A stretch of 64,000 nucleotides of DNA. It comes from Nitrososphaerota archaeon. Its GTDB lineage: Archaea > Thermoproteota > Nitrososphaeria_A > Caldarchaeales > Caldarchaeaceae. Below the pieces are notes generated by a model, which was given only the letters and a program-made list of their open reading frames with translations, was not told the origin of the DNA and did no database searches. The DNA is taken from contig JBEPYN010000002.1 of assembly GCA_041641305.1 (NCBI GenBank), positions 64,001-128,000 on the forward strand. The letters run 5' to 3'. Of this stretch, positions 58,377 through 64,000 are shown in pieces (within the stretch, counting starts at the first letter, position 1; every line of letters begins with the position of its first letter). The translations under genes were made by a program, and so were the position numbers.

Positions 58377-58516
58377 CCAATCAGCCGACAACCCTGGATA
58401 ACACATCCACCATCGTTTGGGGCGAGGCTTTTTAATAGTTTAGCCACGTTGTCCTGTCGGATGCGGGGGTTTGCGAAAAACTTATTACACCTATAAAGGG
58501 TGAGAAAAACGGCGGA

Positions 58517-58771
58517 ATGGCAGCCGATACCGACTACATGGAGAAAGCCTTGACAGAGCAGCTGGAATACTGTGAAAAAATGCTTGAAATGGAGGCGCGT
58601 CTCGACCTCGTCGTAGCCATGCTTGAGGAAATAATCAACGAGCTCTCCACGCCGAAGACATGGCTTTCCGAGGAAAAACGCAACACACTCCTCGAGAGAG
58701 CCAAAATATCCTACTACAGGGCCAAAACCCTTCTCTACCTCACCGAAACAACCCGAGGCACAAAATTCTAA
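58517..58771 (+). CDS. Hypothetical helical protein
   Basis: 84-aa ORF after a TATA-like element. Confidence 0.65.
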   Translation: MAADTDYMEKALTEQLEYCEKMLEMEARLDLVVAMLEEIINELSTPKTWLSEEKRNTLLERAKISYYRAKTLLYLTETTRGTKF

Positions 58772-58896
58772 ACCAGATCTAGCAACCGTCTCCCCCGCAT
58801 AATGTAAACTTCTCGGAAACCTTTCGAACGTTTCTGAACGGTTTTGACGCTTTCTACATGGGGTAAGGTTTTTCGGCGTCTTTTCGGAGACAAGCA

Positions 58897-59745
58897 GTGA
58901 TGAGGGCTTCGGCGTTTATGGCGGTTCTGGTGTCGGCGGCTGTTCTGGCTACGGTTGCTTTGGCTGCTGCTCAGGAACTATCAGATGTGTCGTTGGGGCA
59001 GCGGATTACCGAGGAGCTTAGGTCAATAGTGGTTGAGCATAGAGAGGCCGTGAGAGAGGCGTTGCTCGAGTTCAAGCTAAAGCTGGAGCAGGTGAAGGAG
59101 AATCGGACGGAGCTGATAGCCCAGTTTCTCGAGGAGCGGCATAACAGAATAGAGGAGATTAGGACAGAAATAGAGAACCTGCGACAACAATACCTCGCGG
59201 GAAACATTACAAAAGAAGAGTATCTGGCGTCGTTGAAGGCCCTGCAAACAGAGCTCAAAGCCTTAGCAAAATCATCCGAGAAACTCGGCCAGAAGATGCA
59301 GGAGCTTGTGAAAGACCTGAAGGATGCTGTGAAGGAGAAGGTTGAGAGGCTGCGGGAAATCAACAGAGAATTTGGTCAACGGGTCGCCGAGGAGGCTAAG
59401 AAGCTGGGCGACCTTGCAAAGGAAGAAGTCGAGAACAGTGGTCTGGGCAACGGCAGGGGAAATGGCCGGGGTAACCCGCATAGAGATAACTCAACAGAAA
59501 CAAGCGACGTCGGCAACAGTAACAGAGGGCAAAATAATGCTGTTGATGAGCGGCCCGGCAACAGCGGCAACTCAACAGACACAGGCAACGCCGAAAACAG
59601 AGGAAGAGGGCAAAACAACAGCGGCGACGATGAGCCAGGTAACCGGAATAACAACCCGCACCATGATAACGCAGCGGATAACGGAAACAACGGTGACCGA
59701 GGCAACTCGGACAACGGAAGAGGCAGGGGACGCGGCAGAGAATAA
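58897..59745 (+). CDS. Secreted coiled-coil protein with Asn/Gly/Arg-rich low-complexity tail
   Basis: Signal peptide, heptads, GNGRG / NRGQNN repeats. Confidence 0.8.
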   Translation: MMRASAFMAVLVSAAVLATVALAAAQELSDVSLGQRITEELRSIVVEHREAVREALLEFKLKLEQVKENRTELIAQFLEERHNRIEEIRTEIENLRQQYLAGNITKEEYLASLKALQTELKALAKSSEKLGQKMQELVKDLKDAVKEKVERLREINREFGQRVAEEAKKLGDLAKEEVENSGLGNGRGNGRGNPHRDNSTETSDVGNSNRGQNNAVDERPGNSGNSTDTGNAENRGRGQNNSGDDEPGNRNNNPHHDNAADNGNNGDRGNSDNGRGRGRGRE

Positions 59746-59790
59746 CATCCTCGGGAAACCTATATACACAGAGATGCATAAGCCATCCAC

Positions 59791-60663
59791 ATGATTACCT
59801 CTCTCTTTCTTCTGCTCATGCTCGCATCCTCACAGCTTCCCTCATACGCAACCCTGTACATAGTGGAGCTAAGTGCTGATGGTTCAGCGACTTGGCAGAT
59901 ATCCCACGCCTTTCCGCTGGCCTCTGTTGAGGAGGCTGAAGCATTCAGGGCGCTGGCTTCAAACATGTCTCTTCAGAGTGGTGAGTATTTGGCGAGGGTT
60001 GAGAGGCTTGTCTCCGATGCAGCGGCTGCTACGGGTAGAGAGATGATGGTTGAGAATTTCCATGTTGAGCATGAGGTTGTTGAAACGGTTGGGGGGATGC
60101 TTGGCGTTGTTAAAGTGGTGTTCCGGTGGAGCGGGTTCGCCAAGAAGCTGGATAACAGGCTCGAGGCTGGAGACGTCTTCGTCGGGGGAATGGTTTTGCT
60201 CGACGGCGAAACACTTAGAATAACTTTTCCACAGAGTTACAGGGTTGTCGAGGTCAGGCCCACGCCCGACGGCACGGGCGACGGGTTTCTCGAATGGAGA
60301 GGACGCAGAGTATTCGGCGAAAAAGAGCCACACATCGTTCTATCCTCGTCCAACATCATTCCCGCTCCACCCAGCTTTCTCCAAAATGGCTGGATAATGT
60401 TTCCGGCTCTGTTTTCTGCAGCCGCTGTAGCAGCTGTTGCCTTGTTTGTGAAGCGGCGTAGGCGTGTTTCCGGTGACGAGCTCTTGGTTGAACGTGTTTT
60501 GGCTGTTCTCAGGAGGCATGGCGGGGAGATGAAGCAGTCGCAGATAGCACGGGAGCTCGGTCTTCCACGTTCAACAATCAGCACCGTGATGAAGGTTTTG
60601 GAGGAGCAGAGAAGGGTTTCAAGGGTTAAAGTGGGCCGCGACGTCATCGTGAAGCTGCAGTAA
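59791..60663 (+). CDS. Membrane-anchored wHTH regulator with extracellular domain
   Basis: Signal, beta-rich ectodomain (DGSATW, FRWSGFA, GDVF), TM, QSQIARELGLPRSTISTV..KVGR. Confidence 0.8.
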   Translation: MITSLFLLLMLASSQLPSYATLYIVELSADGSATWQISHAFPLASVEEAEAFRALASNMSLQSGEYLARVERLVSDAAAATGREMMVENFHVEHEVVETVGGMLGVVKVVFRWSGFAKKLDNRLEAGDVFVGGMVLLDGETLRITFPQSYRVVEVRPTPDGTGDGFLEWRGRRVFGEKEPHIVLSSSNIIPAPPSFLQNGWIMFPALFSAAAVAAVALFVKRRRRVSGDELLVERVLAVLRRHGGEMKQSQIARELGLPRSTISTVMKVLEEQRRVSRVKVGRDVIVKLQ

Positions 60664-60670
60664 CGCTGCT

Positions 60671-61939
60671 TCAGCGACGATGGCTATACCAGCCCTCCAT
60701 CTTCTCCCAGCTCCAGCCATAGCTCGACGGAACAGCATACCCGAAGACGATGCAGCCCCTCCACACAGCATACTGAGGCTCTGCTGAAAGCTTCACAACA
60801 GGGTTCTCAACACCTCTTTGCCTCAGCTCATGTGTGAGACGCATCTCGCTGTCAACCGCTACTCCACGCAGCCTCTGCGGCGCCTGCCACGAAAAATTCC
60901 CACCTGAGAGAATAACTTGGCTGTAGAGAAGAGGCTGAAGCTCTGTGGGGCATTTCTCGACAGCTTGGATGATTGTGTCGACTATGCTGAGTGTGCCGTA
61001 GAAGACCACGTCACCGACCTTCGTGTCCGAGGGCCTCGGCATACCTCTACGGTGATAGCTCTCGAAGATTTCGTGGTTGGGGTTGAAGACGTATTCACCG
61101 ATGAGGAAACGCGCCCACGAGTCTTTTCCGAGGTCGATTTTTATCCGCGTCCCCGGAGGCTGATACACCGTCTTCAACTCGTCTGGATAGTTCTTCGCGA
61201 AAGCCAGCGCCTTATCCAGCTCCAGCGGCAACAGACCTATGTTTTCCTTGACTTTTCTCACGAGCGCCTCTTCCTTCACGAGGTCGCCGTAGCCAGCGTC
61301 TTTGAGTATCTCAGCGGTTATGGCGTTGGCTGCGCTTCCTCCTCTGTTGAGGGCGATGACCGCCTCGCGGATGGGTGCTCTCGATATCGGCGAGACCTGT
61401 GTGTTGCCGTGTCCGCTTTCGACTACGACGCATGAGGTCTGCTTATGCGCTATCGCGACGGCGAGGGGCTGGGGAATGATTGTCGATGAATGTATAAGAC
61501 CTTCCGCGGCCAGCTTGTCATAGATGCTGAAGAGCCGTTCATACATGTAGCGGGGAGCGGTTGCGGAAAGTGCTGCGACGACGTAGAAACCTTTGAACCC
61601 GAAGCCGCCGGGTTTGAACTCGGCGAGGCTTTGTCGGGTCAGCTCCTCGACAACACGCCACGCCCTCTCATCATCCCGTCCAATCGCCCCACTCCTCATA
61701 GGGTAGACAAGACGTATAGAGAGCTCCGACCCCGCGCCGAGAAAAAGCGTAACATCTTTCCCCACGACAACCTCCTTCTCCACACCCAACAGCTCCGAGA
61801 CAATAGACTTCTCCGGAAAATATCCCCTATTGGCCGTGACAAGAGGCTTATCACCCTGCGTGATAGGGCCATACTTGAAGTCACTCGTCCCATAGTCGCA
61901 TCCAAACACGTAACGCCGCCGATAATCCTCGTCGAACAT
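60671..61939 (-). CDS. Crenactin (archaeal actin homologue)
   Basis: DYGTSDFK, YPMRSG, PQPLAV, VESGHGNTQ, LSGGN, PQYAVWRG. Confidence 0.92.
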   Translation of the reverse strand: MFDEDYRRRYVFGCDYGTSDFKYGPITQGDKPLVTANRGYFPEKSIVSELLGVEKEVVVGKDVTLFLGAGSELSIRLVYPMRSGAIGRDDERAWRVVEELTRQSLAEFKPGGFGFKGFYVVAALSATAPRYMYERLFSIYDKLAAEGLIHSSTIIPQPLAVAIAHKQTSCVVVESGHGNTQVSPISRAPIREAVIALNRGGSAANAITAEILKDAGYGDLVKEEALVRKVKENIGLLPLELDKALAFAKNYPDELKTVYQPPGTRIKIDLGKDSWARFLIGEYVFNPNHEIFESYHRRGMPRPSDTKVGDVVFYGTLSIVDTIIQAVEKCPTELQPLLYSQVILSGGNFSWQAPQRLRGVAVDSEMRLTHELRQRGVENPVVKLSAEPQYAVWRGCIVFGYAVPSSYGWSWEKMEGWYSHRR

Positions 61940-61971
61940 CTAAACACAGGAGAAACTCGCCATAATTAACT

Positions 61972-62592
61972 TCACTTTTTTGCGGATAAAAGCTCGACCC
62001 ATGGGTTGTCCTCTATGAAGGATGGCAGAGCCTCGGTCCTCGTTTTCTTCGCCTTGTTTTCGCTTTTGACGGGTTGGACAGCTGGCTGCGGCTCCACCCG
62101 TACAGGCTGCTTACCCAATTCCTCTACCCTCTTCTCCAACTCTTCTACACGTCTCAAAACCGTTGACAGCATGTTCTCCAGCCTCTCAACCCTCTCAACA
62201 TATGCAGCTATCTTTTCACCCACGGCAGGCCGCTGCTCCTCAACCGTTTTACTAGCCTGCTCCACCTCAACAATCTCGACAACGCCCCGCTCATCATAGA
62301 CCAGCACACCAATCCTGTTTACGCGAAAAGCATAGTCACCGACCCGCGAAACAAACCCCACAGGCATACAGACATAGGCCATTCTCCCACCACCCGAATC
62401 CATCGCAGCCTGAATAATCGTGGCCAACATCTCATCCCGGCTAGCCAACTCATCGACAACCCTGACAACCGTCTCAGCTTCTCCGCAGAAAAACCGCAGA
62501 AACCCATCGGCCACAGATTTCTCCACAACCCTGCATCCCTTCTCAGCAAAATGGCTCTCAACCCACTTCATCAACATGCTGCGGGCCGGCAT
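61972..62592 (-). CDS. Arcadin-2-like protein (crenactin regulator)
   Basis: Directly upstream of crenactin; C-terminal EDNPWVELLSAKK resembles the arcadin-2 actin-binding helix. Confidence 0.7.
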   Translation of the reverse strand: MPARSMLMKWVESHFAEKGCRVVEKSVADGFLRFFCGEAETVVRVVDELASRDEMLATIIQAAMDSGGGRMAYVCMPVGFVSRVGDYAFRVNRIGVLVYDERGVVEIVEVEQASKTVEEQRPAVGEKIAAYVERVERLENMLSTVLRRVEELEKRVEELGKQPVRVEPQPAVQPVKSENKAKKTRTEALPSFIEDNPWVELLSAKK

Positions 62593-62634
62593 CTTCCTCC
62601 GAAAAATGCCCCCGGGGGGGCGGATTAAGGTTTT

Positions 62635-63525
62635 CTATGCGGGGACCCTGCTTTTGATTTCTCTGTGGACTTCAATCACTTTGGCGAGGAGCTTTGACTT
62701 GACTTCTTGCCAGCCGCTTGCGGGCGCGTCGAAAACTATGGCGACGATGTAGTATGTTTTGTCGCTCTGCTCCTCGAGATAGATGTCCTTCACCTCGGGA
62801 AACTCTGCCAAAGCCTGTCTCAACATGCTCAACGTATTCTCTGGGCTGATGTCTATGGGAAACTCGTACCGGAGCATCCGCTCACGGCCGGTGACTTCAG
62901 AGTAGTTGGCTATCGCGGAGTTGGCGAGGATAAGGTTGTTGGGAATCCTGATCACCAGGCCATCGTCTGTGACGAGGGTTGTGTACATGAGACTCATGTT
63001 CTCCACCACACCCGAGTAGGCGGGGACGACGTAGTCTCTTGAAAAGAATTTGTAACCGGGTAGAAATGCCCATTGATAGGGGATACTGCTCGTGACCACT
63101 GCTATCCTGTCACCTATCTTGAAGGGCCTTGACATCAGCAGTATTACTCCGGCGATGACGTTTGAAAGAGTTGTCTGACCGGCTAAACCTATCACAAGCC
63201 CCGTGACTGTCCCACCAGCGAGAGCCGTCTCAGGAGATATGCCCAGCATGGACAGCACGAAGACCGCTATCAAGATGTATCCGATTATCTGGATGATGAG
63301 GCCTCCTCCAACAGCCTGTTGGCCAACAAGTGGCCTGAAGGTTTTGACGACATGGGTGGAGGTTATTCTAATGAGGTATATTCCCACAAGCACGGCAGAA
63401 GCTACAACCACAACCCTCTCTGCGAGAGGGGGCAGATACCCTAGGTTAACTGAGGCGAATATGGTGAGGTAAAGACCGACAGCCGCCAGAACCGCTAGGA
63501 TGAAGCGTGTCCTGAACCCTGCCAT
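62635..63525 (-). CDS. mscS: Small-conductance mechanosensitive channel
   Basis: GLAGQTTLSNVIAG..SRPFKIGDRI, IPNN. Confidence 0.92.
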   Translation of the reverse strand: MAGFRTRFILAVLAAVGLYLTIFASVNLGYLPPLAERVVVVASAVLVGIYLIRITSTHVVKTFRPLVGQQAVGGGLIIQIIGYILIAVFVLSMLGISPETALAGGTVTGLVIGLAGQTTLSNVIAGVILLMSRPFKIGDRIAVVTSSIPYQWAFLPGYKFFSRDYVVPAYSGVVENMSLMYTTLVTDDGLVIRIPNNLILANSAIANYSEVTGRERMLRYEFPIDISPENTLSMLRQALAEFPEVKDIYLEEQSDKTYYIVAIVFDAPASGWQEVKSKLLAKVIEVHREIKSRVPA

Positions 63526-63615
63526 GTGAACAATAGCCGACCAGAACCATATAAAGGAAAACCTGGCAAATTTTTTAGCTCCCCTCTAGCGATGTAATGT
63601 GTACAAGGTTCCTCC

Positions 63616-64000
63616 ATGTTAAGAAAAATTGCAGAGTTTCTTTCCAACGGTTTGAAGAGTATTCGGCTGAGTCTTGAGATATCGGGTACGAATGTTGCTG
63701 TCCGGAGGTATTTTTTCAGCAACTCTTTTGATGGTGTGTTGACCGTTACGGGGCTTTGTCTGGGAGCCGCGGTTGCGCCGGGGACAAAGGTTTCGACAGT
63801 TGTTTTCGCAGGCCTAGGAGCCTCTATAGCCATGCTTGTCTCAGGCTTCACCGGTATCTATGTGACCGAAAGCGCCGAGTCACGGAGAAGGGTTCGGGAA
63901 ATTGAGGAATCCATGCTCCGCGACGTAAGCGACACAATCATCGGGAGAGCAGGCATGGTTGGCCCGCTCATCGCCTCGCTAATCGGCGGGTTATCCACCT
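63616..64000 (+). CDS. VIT1/CCC1 family transporter (3'-partial)
   Basis: RRYFFSNSFDGVLTV...GASIAMLVSGFTGIYVTESAE; not in ORF track because it runs off the end. Confidence 0.8.
   Translation, partial: MLRKIAEFLSNGLKSIRLSLEISGTNVAVRRYFFSNSFDGVLTVTGLCLGAAVAPGTKVSTVVFAGLGASIAMLVSGFTGIYVTESAESRRRVREIEESMLRDVSDTIIGRAGMVGPLIASLIGGLST

Noticed and set aside
59440-59745. Repetitive GGCAAC/AACAG-rich DNA
   Set aside because: Explained by the Asn/Gly-rich protein tail; no repeat-spacer structure.

Overview
Archaeal chromosome segment whose gene content and style (crenactin + arcadin-2, Cdc6 with ORB origin, SAMP/CysO-like Ubl with C-terminal extension) point to a Caldiarchaeum/Aigarchaeota-type thermophile; the taxon is inferred, not verified. 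The left arm (1-16 kb) has endonuclease V, cdc6 with an adjacent ORB-flanked oriC, a lone ATP synthase proteolipid, a metal/Cu-related membrane cluster, an ABC-2 exporter, a putative G1 glutamic peptidase, SCO + a three-domain NirK, and an RHH-cysteine synthase-JAMM operon. The centre (~16.1-44.2 kb) is a ~28 kb defence island bounded by IS1595 and IS6 remnants. It appears to separate the JAMM gene from a Ubl-MraZ/AbrB-like fusion gene. The island carries a DISARM-like system with class I parts (N6-MTase, PLD-SNF2 helicase) and class II parts (5mC MTase), drmA, drmB, a decayed drmC, a T:G-glycosylase candidate and two unknown divergent genes. It also carries a DUF6745-like pair, two DUF72 genes, a GH99 pseudogene, a Mrr-like nuclease + proteasome-beta-like Ntn protease + small protein triplet, and a further nuclease. 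The right arm (44-64 kb) has housekeeping genes: cyoE, a cyclic amidohydrolase, two XDH Mo subunits, an IDH/IPMDH-family enzyme, sdhACDB, coaD, crenactin/arcadin-2, MscS and VIT1. No tRNA, rRNA or CRISPR array was recognised. All family assignments are by-eye motif recognition; no searches were run.
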